Below are positions 38,801 to 48,121 of a DNA stretch of 64,000 nucleotides, piece by piece. Below the pieces are notes generated by a model. It saw nothing but the letters and a program-made list of their open reading frames with translations. It was not told where the DNA came from and made no database searches. Position numbers and translations under genes: made by a program. This DNA is from Candidatus Marinacidobacterales bacterium (GTDB lineage Bacteria > Acidobacteriota > Vicinamibacteria > Marinacidobacterales > DATDRI01), in assembly GCA_965219415.1 (NCBI GenBank), contig OZ244742.1, positions 928,001-992,000 on the forward strand, given 5' to 3'. Positions within the stretch are counted from its first letter, which is position 1, and every line of letters starts with the position of its first letter.

Positions 38801-40078
38801 GCCTTCTTCCGACCAATCCTCGCAAGCGACGGCGGCCACGATCTGCTGCGCCGCGATATCGAGAGGCGCATCCGGGATCTCGAGACGATCGAGCTCCCCG
38901 GAGCGAATCGCGCGAACGAGAGCGGCACACTCCACAAGCTCGTCCCGCGTCGTGGCAAAGAAGCGACCCTTGGGCATCGCTCCCATCCAGTGCCCGGAGC
39001 GTCCAACGCGCTGCAGCGCGACTCCGATCGCGCGGGGGGAACCAATTTGACAGACGAGCTCGACCGAACCGATATCGATGCCGAGCTCGAGAGACGCCGT
39101 TGCGACAACCGCGCGAAGCTTCCCCTCTTTCAGCTTTTCTTCGGCTTTCAAACGCAGGCTTCGCGAGAGGCTCCCGTGGTGGGCCATCACCGCTTCCTCG
39201 CCCAGCCGCTCCGTTAGGTGATGCGACACCCTTTCGGATAGTCGACGGGTGTTCACAAAAATGAGCGTCGTGCGATGAGCTTCGATGAGCTGTGCCAGTC
39301 GACCGTAAATCTCACTCCACATTTCGTTGGTGGCAACGACTCCCAGCTCATCCTCGGGAACCGAGACCGCGAGATCCATCTCGCGACGGTGACCGACGTC
39401 GACGATGGTGACGTTGTCGCTCAGGAATCCGGCGACTTCTTCGATCGGCCTGACCGTCGCCGAAAGGCCGACTCGCTGCGGCCTCGGGGCGCCACTCTTG
39501 ACAACCAAGTCCTCGAGCCGTGCCAGAGACAAAGCCAGATGGGATCCCCGTTTGTCGTCGGCGACGGCGTGGATCTCATCGACGATGATCGTCCCCACCT
39601 GGCGAAGAATCTGCCGACTCTTCTCTGCGGTGAGCAAGATGTAAAGCGACTCGGGTGTGGTGACGAGGATATGGGGAGGCTTGCGCAGCATGGACTGGCG
39701 CTCCGACGCCAACGTGTCCCCGGTGCGAACCGCGGCGCGTATCGGCGTCATGACCTCGCGCCGGGTTGCCGCCAGCGCCGAAATCTCGGCCAGGGGCCGC
39801 TCGAGGTTCTTGTGGATATCGTTGCTCAACGCCTTGAGGGGCGATACGTAGAGTGCGTATGTGCGGTCCTCCAGCGTGCCATCCTTCGCGGAACGGACGA
39901 GACCATCCAAGCAAAGGAGGAACGCGGCCAGCGTCTTTCCCGAGCCCGTGGGCGCCGAGATCAGCACATCCTGGCCGGAGCGAATCTCCGGCCACCCCTG
40001 TATCTGCGGCTCCGTGGGGGCGGCGAATCTCTCGTCGAACCACGTAGAAATCAGGGGATTGAACTTGGATAAGGGCAT
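35846..40078 (-). CDS. lhr: Lhr-family DEAD/DEAH-box helicase with extended C-terminal winged-helix region
   Basis: APTGSGKT, SPLKALSND, VDEIH, LSATV, HHGSLS, LELGIDIG, QRVGRSGH; C-terminal IRGGRFV.G..GEQFA. Confidence 0.93.
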   Translation of the reverse strand: MPLSKFNPLISTWFDERFAAPTEPQIQGWPEIRSGQDVLISAPTGSGKTLAAFLLCLDGLVRSAKDGTLEDRTYALYVSPLKALSNDIHKNLERPLAEISALAATRREVMTPIRAAVRTGDTLASERQSMLRKPPHILVTTPESLYILLTAEKSRQILRQVGTIIVDEIHAVADDKRGSHLALSLARLEDLVVKSGAPRPQRVGLSATVRPIEEVAGFLSDNVTIVDVGHRREMDLAVSVPEDELGVVATNEMWSEIYGRLAQLIEAHRTTLIFVNTRRLSERVSHHLTERLGEEAVMAHHGSLSRSLRLKAEEKLKEGKLRAVVATASLELGIDIGSVELVCQIGSPRAIGVALQRVGRSGHWMGAMPKGRFFATTRDELVECAALVRAIRSGELDRLEIPDAPLDIAAQQIVAAVACEDWSEEGLFKLLRGTYSYRNLDRADYDAVLEMLSEGIATKRGRGRAYLRGARLAAITSGGAIPDNANYLVVAEPEGKVVGTIDEDFAVESISGDIFLLGTSSWRIRRVETGRVRVEDAHGAAPTIPFWRGEAPGRTVELSEEISRIREETASRSDRDPAEALAFLEGECGLDRRGAEQTIEYVRAGRAALGALPSHDTVVAERFFDEAGGMQLVLHAPFGSRINRAWGLALRKRFCRSFNFELQAAATDNGIVISLGEQHAFPLEIIFGFLNTNTVEQVLTQALLPTPMFTARWRWNVSRALAVLRFSGGKKVFPALQRMRSDDLLAAVFPDQAACAENLAGEINVPDHPLVKETIGDCLHEAMDLNRLTELLEGISAGEVKTVAIDTAEPSPFSHEILNANPYAFLDDAPLEERRARAVQLRRTLPGELVEEAGSLDPAAITQVRSESWPVVRDADELHDAMLTLVIAEPNAEWSPFLGELEADRRATNLKLDGKTFWVAAERMDLLRAAYPQAVFSPAIDSVPPAGGVPEGRGGAVAEVLRGWLESTGPQTATELGERLALPKELVDAGLLRLEGDGQVLRGNFTRRTTPDRETEWCNRRLLARIHRLTLGRLRREIEPVTTQDFMRFLLRWQHVSSGNRLHGVDGTFEIIRQLQGYELSAAAWESRILPARLGRYESDLLDRLCLSGEVMWGRLSRHPAFDDSRGSNDGNGRRVRPTRVAPLSIFLREDAEWLLGVAQTAGPDEVETAVLSHPAREVLGELERRGASFFEELRRGTGRLASEVEDSLWELLAAGLVSADGFENLRFLVDVKRRRGEGRGRLGRPRHAAGRWALLRAIPRVGDVEETVAADPVERFARQLLCRWGVAFRDLLARETLAPAWRDLLVVLRRLEASGEIRGGRFVGGFLGEQFALPEAIELLRSVRKSAKDGEESRLAAADPLNLLGIVLPGPRLSALSGDTLRLRDGVPLDTSENTSQVPAFGGTSRISI

Positions 40079-40111
40079 GAGTAGGCCTATTCTAGCCCGA
40101 TTCTGGGAGGA

Positions 40112-40996
40112 ATGATGGGGAGACTAAACGTAGCGAAACGATTTCTCGGCCTGGTCCTGCTTTGCGGCATCTGTTCGACCGCCGAGTCTCAAAGTGTCGG
40201 CCCTGCGACCGGCGCGTTGGTCGCGGTGGGGGGGACCATGAAAGATCCCGCGATTCTCGCGCATTTCTTGGCGCTGGCCGGCGGACCGGAAGCCCCTATC
40301 GTCGTGATCCCGACCGCCGGAACGAGCGATCCCTACGACCAGTACTGGTCCGGCCTCGAGCCTTTCCGCGCCGCGGGAGCGAAAAAACTGACGGTCCTTC
40401 ATACGAGGGATCGAGACGTCGCCAATTCCGACGAGTTCGCGAGGCCGACTCGGGAAGCTCGCGGCGTTTGGTTTACCGGAGGGAGGCAGTGGCGCCTCGC
40501 CGATTCATATCTGGGTACGCTCACCCACCGTGAGCTTCAAGCCGTTCTCGAACGGGGCGGGGTCATCGGTGGCTCCTCGGCAGGGGCCACCATTCAAGGG
40601 TCCTACCTTGCCCGCGGCGACACCAAGGCCAACACGATCATGATGGGAGATCATGAAGAAGGACTCTCCTTCATCAAGGACGTGGCCATCGATCAGCACT
40701 TATTGAGGAGGAACCGGCAATTCGATCTGATCGAGATCGTCGAGGCCCACCCCAAGCTCCTCGGCATCGGGATCGACGAAGACACCGCCATCGTCGTACG
40801 AGGCGATAGCTTCGAAGTGATCGGCCAGGGCTACGTGGCCATTTACGATCACAAACGTCTCGTCAGCCCCCGAGGCAAGTTCTATCTCTTGGCTGCGGGC
40901 GATCGATTCGACTTGAAGGAAAGACAGCCCACCCGACTCACCTACTCGCCCGAGCCGTTTTCCGAGCTCCATGCGGAGCCGTGGCCGAAGCAGTAG
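40112..40996 (+). CDS. secreted cyanophycinase (peptidase S51)
   Basis: Signal peptide; IPTA, FTGGRQ, GSSAGA nucleophile, IDQH, GIDEDTA. Confidence 0.9.
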   Translation: MMGRLNVAKRFLGLVLLCGICSTAESQSVGPATGALVAVGGTMKDPAILAHFLALAGGPEAPIVVIPTAGTSDPYDQYWSGLEPFRAAGAKKLTVLHTRDRDVANSDEFARPTREARGVWFTGGRQWRLADSYLGTLTHRELQAVLERGGVIGGSSAGATIQGSYLARGDTKANTIMMGDHEEGLSFIKDVAIDQHLLRRNRQFDLIEIVEAHPKLLGIGIDEDTAIVVRGDSFEVIGQGYVAIYDHKRLVSPRGKFYLLAAGDRFDLKERQPTRLTYSPEPFSELHAEPWPKQ

Positions 40997-41015
40997 CCGG
41001 GCGCTTGATCCGACT

Positions 41016-41441
41016 CTAGAGTCCCAACACCTGGAAACCCTCTCGCCGGGCAGCCCCTCCGAGTCGGTCGTCCAAACAAACGAACTCCAGAGTCGACGGC
41101 CGGTTCTCAGCAGCCATGAATGCCGCTGCTAGCTGCAGAGAGTCACCTGCCCTCAAGCTGTGTAGCCGGAGCACTCGACGAGCGGCCTCTCGAAGAACAT
41201 CTACCGGCTGAACCTCGTGCCAGAGGGAGGAGATCGCGTCGAGCCGACGGAAGGCCTCATCGGCGCTCTTCGGTGACAGCTTGTGCTCCCGCTCTAACCG
41301 AGCGATCGCTGAATCGCATTCGACACTTGTTCCCCACCAAACAATGAGACCGGGGTCTTCTCGGAAATACGCCTCGACGGCGGGCGACGCACTCTGATGA
41401 ACCAATAGCGGAACCACCGCAGAGCTATCCCAGAACTTCAC
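41016..41441 (-). CDS. VapC/PIN-domain toxin
   Basis: MKFWDSSAVVPL, LRAGDSLQLAAA, FVCLDDRL..AA.REG. Confidence 0.9.
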   Translation of the reverse strand: MKFWDSSAVVPLLVHQSASPAVEAYFREDPGLIVWWGTSVECDSAIARLEREHKLSPKSADEAFRRLDAISSLWHEVQPVDVLREAARRVLRLHSLRAGDSLQLAAAFMAAENRPSTLEFVCLDDRLGGAARREGFQVLGL

Positions 41442-41737
41442 CGTCCCTCCTCGCGATCCGCCAGAAGCGCTTGAAGAATGTCGCCGCCTTTCACGGCTCT
41501 CGGCGGACGCTTCTTCAGAACCTCATCACCCGTCGACTTACGGCCGCGGCGAATCAGACCCGCCCGTTCCAATCGAGACAGCCGTCCGTCTTCGTCGTCT
41601 CCCTCGGCGGTGACGACCGGTTCTAGCCGAGCCACCGGACGATTGCGGTCCACAATGAGGATGGTTTCTCCGTGGCGAACCCGGTCCAGCAAAGCACTGA
41701 GCTGGTTTTTTGTTTGGGATATTGTAGCTACTTTCAT
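41438..41737 (-). CDS. Phd/YefM-family antitoxin
   Basis: ATISQTKNQLSALLDRV..GETILI.DR.RPVARL; overlaps the toxin start. Confidence 0.9.
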   Translation of the reverse strand: MKVATISQTKNQLSALLDRVRHGETILIVDRNRPVARLEPVVTAEGDDEDGRLSRLERAGLIRRGRKSTGDEVLKKRPPRAVKGGDILQALLADREEGR

Positions 41738-41743
41738 AAAGCT

Positions 41744-41772
41744 ATAATAATCTTTTGCAAAAAGTCGATCAA
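41744..41772 (-). promoter_or_regulatory. promoter of the Phd-VapC module (probably leaderless)
   Basis: TTGATC-17 bp-TATTAT, 6 nt before the ATG, no RBS. Confidence 0.55.
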
Positions 41773-41789
41773 GCCATAATCCATCCCGT

Positions 41790-41825
41790 TTGACACGGAG
41801 TTCGTGTTACACGAAAATAGTGTAA
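41790..41825 (+). promoter_or_regulatory. promoter/operator of the second TA module (probably leaderless)
   Basis: TTGACA-17 bp-GAAAAT, 6 nt before the ATG; palindromes ACACG-N5-CGTGT and TTACAC-N7-GTGTAA. Confidence 0.55.
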
Positions 41826-42064
41826 TGAAGAATGTGACCATCACTCTCGAGGAAGAAGTGGCGCGCTGGGCGCGGATTCGGGCCGCCGAGGAGAACACCA
41901 GTGTCTCCCGGCTCGTGGGCCAGCTACTTCGTCAACATATGAATGAGCAAGACACCTACGATAAGGCGATGAGGCAGTTTTTGTCCGGCAAGCCCGTAAC
42001 CTTGAAGCGAAAAGGAAAGTATCCACGTCGCGAGGAGCTTCATGAGCGGACCCGTATTCGTTGA
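41825..42064 (+). CDS. CopG/DUF6364-like ribbon-helix-helix antitoxin
   Basis: MKNVTITL.EE.ARWARI.AAE..TSVSRLVG.LL. Confidence 0.85.
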   Translation: MKNVTITLEEEVARWARIRAAEENTSVSRLVGQLLRQHMNEQDTYDKAMRQFLSGKPVTLKRKGKYPRREELHERTRIR

Positions 42065-42482
42065 TACGAATGTGCTCGTCTACGCCCGGGACCGTTCAGA
42101 GGAAGCGAAGCAGCAACGTGCGTTCCTGTGGCTTTCTACTCTTTGGGAATCCCGCAAGGGCCGGCTTAGCTTCCAGGTTTTGCACGAATACTACGTCAAC
42201 GTTACTCAAAGGCTCGCACCGGGGTTGAAGCGTGAACACGCGCGCGCCGATGTGCGTGCCCTAATGGCTTGGCGGCCGATCCCACTCGGAGCGCCCGTGT
42301 TAGATGGCGCATGGGCAGTCGAGCAGCGCTACGGTCTGTCCTTCTGGGACTCTCTCATTGTCTCCGCCGCCCACTTGGCCAACTGCGAGTACCTTCTTAC
42401 GGAAGACCTACAGGAGGGACAGAGCCTCAACGGCGTCAGAGTTCTAAACCCCTTCCAGCAAGATCCAAAAGCCATTCTCTAG
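42042..42482 (+). CDS. PIN-domain (VapC) toxin
   Basis: FVDTNVLVYA.D, QVLHEYY, SFWDSLIV.AA, LLTEDL. Confidence 0.9.
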   Translation: MSGPVFVDTNVLVYARDRSEEAKQQRAFLWLSTLWESRKGRLSFQVLHEYYVNVTQRLAPGLKREHARADVRALMAWRPIPLGAPVLDGAWAVEQRYGLSFWDSLIVSAAHLANCEYLLTEDLQEGQSLNGVRVLNPFQQDPKAIL

Positions 42483-42639
42483 GCCGCCATAACAAAGGAA
42501 CGTGGCCAATAGCAGTAATCCCGCTCGTCAACATGGTACGCGTCGTTCTAAGCTGGGGTGACGCCGGCGAGGGAGTGAAGTGGCGGTCGGCGTCCTGGGG
42601 AAAGCGGACTTGCATCGTCGTCGCGTGAGGTAGTTAATA

Positions 42640-44326
42640 GTGAAGGGATCTAGCTACGTTTGGATATGCTGCGCCTTCTGTGCGACGAGCGTTTTGGCCT
42701 CCGAGGCCAGAGCCCAGGCGCCGCCATACACCCGCTACTCGATACCTGAGTTGTTCAGCTACGAGGAACTCCTCGTGTTGAGCGAAGACAAGGAGTTCCC
42801 GCCCGAGCTGGCCCGCAAACTGGAAGCAATTACCACCACCCCTTTCTTGAGCAATGAGGCCTACTACCGCGGCGCCAGACCGCATCTACCCCGCATCGAC
42901 AAACTCGGCCGTTCCTTGCGGATGGCCTTGTGGAACATCGAGCGGGGAATCCACCTAGAAGAACAGATTCTGGCTTTCACCGACCCAGAAGCGTTTCTAG
43001 AGCTCGTGAAAGAGAGATGGCAGGAGTTCGAGAAACAAAAGCAGGCGACGGCGGACGAGGAAGTAGAGCAAGACCCCAGAAAGTACGCCGACCTCGACCT
43101 GGAGAAACTGAGAGAGCAGCTCGAAGTCCTGCAGACGGTCGATCTCTTCGTGCTCAACGAGGTCGACTGGGGAATGAAACGCAGCGACTACCGCGAAGTA
43201 GTTCGAGAACTCGGTGATGCCCTGAAAATGAACTGAGCCTATAGCGTGGAGTTCATCGAAGTCGATCCGACTCTCTTGGGAACCGAGGACTTCGACACGG
43301 TCGAGGATGAGGAAGCCCGAGAGATGCTGGTCGAGATGACCCTGGTTGATAAGGAACGCATGCGGGGCTTACACGGGAATGCGATTCTTTCCCGCTACCC
43401 GATTCGAGCCGCATACGTTCGGCCCTTCGAGCTACAACCCTACGATTGGTACTATGAGGAAAAGGCTTTGAGGCCGGCGGAGAAAGGAATCCGCGCCGGG
43501 ATGAGAAGTCTTGGGTGATGAGCTCTATCGGGAGATGCGGCGGGGTGGAAGGTCGACTCTGTCGGTCGACTTAGATGTCCCCGATTTGCCCGAGGGCCGC
43601 TTGGCCGTACTCACACCACACTTCGAAAATCGGACCAAGCCCAAGAACCGTCAAAAGCAGATGGCCGAAATCTTGACGTGGGTCAAACCCGTCAGCAATC
43701 CGGTCATTATCGGTGGCGATCTGAACACACTGGGTGGCGATGCGCAATCCTTCAAGCTCGAAAGGCAGCTGGTTAAGAAGTTTGGTGATGCCGATTTCTG
43801 GGTCAACCAGAGTGTCAAGTGGTCGACCGGCGTGGGCGCTGCCTACGACGTCTTCCGAGGGGGGGTCAATTGGACCAGGAACGTCAGCGACCCCACGCGC
43901 CAGTCCATACCCTTCTTCTTCCCCAACAAGGAGAAGGGCCTCTTTAATATGGTGGAAGCGTTTCGGTTCGAAGAAGGGAAAGCATTTGATTTCCGTGGGG
44001 ATGAGGAGCGGACCAGCAGTGGCTATGCGGGCTATCTCAGCAATTCCAGCGAGAGGGCGAGCAAGGGTTTCACGTACACGTACCAATGGGTCATCAAGTT
44101 TCACGTAATAGGCACGCTCAAACTCGACTGGATCTTCGTCAAATCCTACTTGGAGCACCCGACAGACAAGAAAGGGCCTTACCAGTTTGCTCCCCACTTC
44201 GCGAGGACCATGGTCACTTTGAACAACTGTCTGCCGACGGAGCTATCCGATCACAACCCGATGACGGTGGACTTGCCGTTCGACGAGCCGATCATCGATC
44301 CGCCGAAGAAGGCGAAGACACGCTAA
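42640..44326 (+). pseudogene. secreted endonuclease/exonuclease/phosphatase-family protein, split
   Basis: WNIERG, LNEVD.G, HGNAILSRYP, GGDLNT, KLDWIFVK, SDHNP across three ORFs; in-frame TGA at 43234-43236 and a frameshift near 43510. Confidence 0.85.
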
Positions 44327-44353
44327 GCCCGCTTAGCCGGCTAAGGAGGCCCC

Positions 44354-44707
44354 ATGACGACAATACAGACAGTACTCGCTGCACTGCTGCTGGGAAGCGC
44401 ACTGGAATGGCTTCAATCACCCGCCTCCAACGACCCCAACTCGCAGATCGACCCGGCCTCGTTCAACTGTTCTCAGCATACCGAGATGGTGGCAGCCGAT
44501 GACGGTCGCGCCGAGGCACGGATCATCTGGGCGCACGGCTATTACAGCGCTCTCACCGGCTTGGATGAGAGCAGTGCTCCCATTCACGCGGCGGAAGTCG
44601 TGGTGTTTGCCGAGCAATTGAACAAGCTCTGTCGAGCCGAACCCGACAAGCTGTTCTTAGTGGCCGTCAAGGAGCTGATCCGAGCCGTGCCCAAGGCACA
44701 AAGGTGA
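44354..44707 (+). CDS. HdeA/HdeB-like periplasmic protein
   Basis: AGGAGG RBS; signal; ID...FNC...W..GYY...LC..EP two-Cys pattern. Confidence 0.6.
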   Translation: MTTIQTVLAALLLGSALEWLQSPASNDPNSQIDPASFNCSQHTEMVAADDGRAEARIIWAHGYYSALTGLDESSAPIHAAEVVVFAEQLNKLCRAEPDKLFLVAVKELIRAVPKAQR

Positions 44708-44728
44708 GAACAGTACGCCAAGGAGACG

Positions 44729-44884
44729 ATGATGAAGCCGAGAATCGGAGCTCTATTGGTCACTCTGTTGGCGGCGACGCCCGTCCTTGCCCAATAGAAG
44801 GTCAGCATTGAGGCCGATAGGACCGTGGAATACTCGAAGTACAAGATCTATTCCTACACCGGGCCAGCGCGCCGATTCCTATGA
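44729..44884 (+). pseudogene. DUF4136-like gene remnant
   Basis: AGGAG RBS; MMKPRIGALLVTLLAATPVLAQ*KVSIEADRTVEYSKYKIYSY resembles the N-terminus of the 55371-55890 gene; TAG at 44795-44797, then truncated. Confidence 0.6.
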
Positions 44885-45030
44885 GGCTGCGAGTTCGTGT
44901 CGACAGGGTTACTTTTCAGATCGAGCCGACTCCACCTCAGAGGTGGAGCCAGACGCTATGCCATGAACCATCATGGTCAGAGCTCCTTCCGGCGCAGTGC
45001 CGACCAAATTCAGGGGCGGATAACTGGCAT

Positions 45031-45846
45031 CTAACTCGCGAATAGCAACTGAATTTGTATTCGTAGAGTCCAGTCCGCGTGCGGCCGGGTCTCGGGATGG
45101 ATGACGTTGTAGAAGGCGGAAACTTGAAGGTCGACGCCGCGTCTGCCCACTTTGACGAGCTTGCCGGCGCCCCCGCCGATGGGGACCAGCCATTGGTCGC
45201 CGCTTGGCGAGTTCCAGTCCGCCGTCACGACGGGAGCGCTGATGACATACCAGCCGTTACCGAGCACGCGTAGGAGGATGTAATGAAGGAGGAACTGGTT
45301 GACATCGGATCGGCCCTCGTCACCTGCGAACGACCAGATGTTGTACGTCCGTACGCCGAAGAGCCAGCGGCCCGGTCGGACGACGGCGATGGCGGTGACG
45401 CCGGAGGACCACTTGCCGCTTCCTAGCGCATCATCCGTGGCCAGGGGAAACCTCACGACAGGGCCAACGCCTAATACAGAGCGTCCTGCTTTCCTGGGAG
45501 ACCAGAAGACGCTGATTTCCGGATCTCCCAACCCGAACGTCCCGCCACCGGACTCGTTGGCGTTGGGCCGATACAGCACCGGGAGAGCGCTGAAGGTTTT
45601 CATCCTCCACCAGATGCCCGTCCCGACTTCCGCCTGCCAGGGCTGGATGAGGAGTTGGAATCCGGTCCTGTCCTTCGACCCGATGCCGAAGTCGACGTTG
45701 TTCTGCATCGCCACGGCGCGAAGTCTGCTCACCGGCTCGTGAGCTTCCTTAACCTCCTCCTCGGATGCGGTTTCCCGCTCCTGCCCGCCGCACGGCGAGT
45801 CCGCGCTCCAGACCAGAAGGCCGAGGTATAGGACCACACGCTTCAT
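45031..45846 (-). CDS. putative outer-membrane beta-barrel (family often mis-annotated 'neuromedin U')
   Basis: QNNVDFG, GLGD, FPLATD..LGSGKW, W.VPIGGG.GK, C-terminal IQLLF. Confidence 0.75.
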   Translation of the reverse strand: MKRVVLYLGLLVWSADSPCGGQERETASEEEVKEAHEPVSRLRAVAMQNNVDFGIGSKDRTGFQLLIQPWQAEVGTGIWWRMKTFSALPVLYRPNANESGGGTFGLGDPEISVFWSPRKAGRSVLGVGPVVRFPLATDDALGSGKWSSGVTAIAVVRPGRWLFGVRTYNIWSFAGDEGRSDVNQFLLHYILLRVLGNGWYVISAPVVTADWNSPSGDQWLVPIGGGAGKLVKVGRRGVDLQVSAFYNVIHPETRPHADWTLRIQIQLLFAS

Positions 45847-45912
45847 GGTGTCTACCTGCGGAGGCGCGCTCTCACTGCTCTCTCAGCAGTGAGCGCCTCC
45901 CGCAGACATTCG

Positions 45913-46779
45913 TTAGAACTCGAAGCCGAATCCGATGAGCGCACCTTGCGATGTCGCGTCGTATTCGAAGAAATTCCGATTCAAAGGGGCATCCCCTTGC
46001 GTGTAATCGATGTCCATCCACCGGTACTGAAAGACCAGAAGGAACTTTTCTTTCAACAATACCGCGACGCCACCCTGAAGGTTGGTCGTCAGCTCGGCCC
46101 CGGCGCCGAAGCCACCAAAGTCCGCTCGAGCCGTTAAACGCACTTTGGGGTGCACCTGACCGATCCAGCGCCCACCCACGATGGGGTCCACCCAGTCGAC
46201 CGTAAGATCCTGGGTCGGACCGCCAATTTGGCTGAAGTCGAGGGTGTTCGTGATGCGGTAGTAGCGAATCCCCCCGATGACGTCGAAGACGTTTTTCCCC
46301 TCGCCGAGCCGGTAATAGGGCCATGCTTCCCAGAACAGCAGTTTGATTCCGACATCGCCGCTAGCGGTCGAGCCGTTAGGGAGCGGGATTTGCAGAGCAC
46401 CCCCCTTTGCAGCGGACACGTAGGAGAAGTCGGTCGCCGCCCCCCAGCGTTTCTTGTTGGCTTCGAAATGAAGTATGAAGGCCGCCTTTAGCTGGCTGAG
46501 AAGGGCGTCGAAAGGGAGCTCGAAATCTTGAACGATGGGTCCGATCTTAATCGTACCCGCCGTGTCGACGACCCAAAGGTAGGGAGCCGCAATGAAATGC
46601 CACTCATCATCCTCCGGCATGGTCGTCGCCTGAACGAAGGCCAGCGCTTCCGAACCGGCGTTCGGCTCAACCACGGTCTCTTCGCTCGTTTCGACGCGGA
46701 GTTCTTCGCTCCGAGCCTCCTCCTCGTCTGCCAAAGCAAATGTGCTAGCCGTTAGAAGAAGAAACGTGACTGCTACCGG
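45913..46779 (-). CDS. outer-membrane beta-barrel protein; start codon missing
   Basis: W.F...PYLW, WVDPIVG.R, DFGGFG, terminal FGFEF; signal-like VAVTFLLLTASTFALA is preceded by TAA with no start. Confidence 0.7.
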   Translation of the reverse strand, partial: PVAVTFLLLTASTFALADEEEARSEELRVETSEETVVEPNAGSEALAFVQATTMPEDDEWHFIAAPYLWVVDTAGTIKIGPIVQDFELPFDALLSQLKAAFILHFEANKKRWGAATDFSYVSAAKGGALQIPLPNGSTASGDVGIKLLFWEAWPYYRLGEGKNVFDVIGGIRYYRITNTLDFSQIGGPTQDLTVDWVDPIVGGRWIGQVHPKVRLTARADFGGFGAGAELTTNLQGGVAVLLKEKFLLVFQYRWMDIDYTQGDAPLNRNFFEYDATSQGALIGFGFEF

Positions 46780-47088
46780 TTATATTCGATCTCGTTCTTG
46801 ACCTCCTTGACCCCCTTGACTTTCTTAACTGCCTTTGGGGCATTGCTGCGAAGGCGAGTGATGTGGGAGAACCCAGTCAATGTGACGACGCCGTTCCGCG
46901 ATTGAGAAGGTGAGCCAGTCGTACGCGGTATAGTCCGGCAAGTTGGCGATCGTATTCACGACCTCCCCGGTCATCTTCTTGAGCTCGTCGTTCTGAGCCC
47001 CCCGAGCTGTGGCCGTGCAGGGTAGCCCCGCCGCTGTGGCTAGTGCCCCGATGAGAATAACGCTACGAAACCATTTACAATTCTTCAT
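46773..47088 (-). pseudogene. BON-domain protein, frameshifted and truncated
   Basis: Signal + YTAYDWLTF, then in a shifted frame NGVVTLTG...AVKKVKGVKEVKNEIE. Confidence 0.7.
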
Positions 47089-47243
47089 CTCTCATTCTTT
47101 CCATGAAATTAGTAATACCCTTTGCCCGACACGATAAACACTCTCCAACTTGCTGGTCGAGTTTTCACTCGCAGCGCACTAGCTGCCGGCCGAACGTCGG
47201 GCACCGCCGGCACTCCTGCGATACCAACACTTTCGTTCCGTCA

Positions 47244-48024
47244 TTAGGGCTCCGTCGTCGTACGCATGTTTTCGCGCAGGTCGATCATGGGCTGTTGACT
47301 CACCCGAAACAGGCCTTGCTGCGGGCGATCCATATCGATAACCATCAAAAAGACAGTCGCGTAGGTAACAACCAACAGCGACGTCGAAAAAGCGTGACGT
47401 CGGCCAGTCAGACCCAGAAGGAACCCGATCAACGCCATGACCAAAACAGATAGGAAGGCGAGCGTAGCGAAGATTATCGGCGGGATGCGGGTCCAAAGGG
47501 TGACGTTTATGCGTTTGTTGTGAAGGTCGATCATCTCGTTTAGCGACTGGATGAAGAGTGCGACGATGGGGGTGGGATGCCCTTGAGCCACTACCGTCGT
47601 CTCGGCCCAGAGTCGCTCCTGCAATTGCTTCGAGCGCGCCGCGAATTCGTCTACGGTTCCCACATCGACAACGTGTCGGTCGGCGACATATTCACGTAAC
47701 CAACCACGGATTTTCGAGCGATGTGGTTCTGGAAGCTGCGCCGCGCGCTGGTACGTGGTGCCGATGGCGTTGGCATCCTCGAGCACCAGTTGTCTGCGAG
47801 CGTCGTACTGCGATCCTGCCATTGCAAAGGTGAACGCGAGCAGGAACCCGACCAGTGCAAACATCGCCCCCAGGGCGGTACCGCCTTGCGACGTGTCGGA
47901 GCTCGGCCACCGCCGCCCCAATTGGTAGGCTGCCTCGACCGAAAGAAGGAAAAGCAGGACGACGCAGACATACACTGCCCAAATGGGAACGTCGTCTAGG
48001 ATCTAGGATGTGGTCGCACAACAT
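47244..48024 (-). pseudogene. DUF4239/bestrophin-like membrane protein, frameshifted by a 7-bp tandem duplication
   Basis: GFLLAFTF.MA...YDARR...DANAIGT.Y.RA..LP motif; CTAGGAT x2 at 47996-48009 separates ATG 48024 from the body. Confidence 0.75.
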
Positions 48025-48121
48025 CTTCGTTCTCCATCTGCTCAGGCGGCTTCTCTTTCAAGCCTCTCGCCCTGCCGGCAGCTTGCGGGGCATTCTCGAA
48101 CCGACAGCCCAGCCCCGGCCG

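Noticed and set aside
35846-42482. Lhr plus TA modules as a defence island
   Set aside because: Lhr looks like the ordinary repair helicase and no other defence-system genes are adjacent
43234-43236. In-frame TGA (also at 58061-58063) as selenocysteine or stop-codon recoding
   Set aside because: Context implies Trp (MNWAY) and Arg (LLRVAG), not Cys; TGA and TAG end many intact genes here, so nonsense mutation or error is simpler
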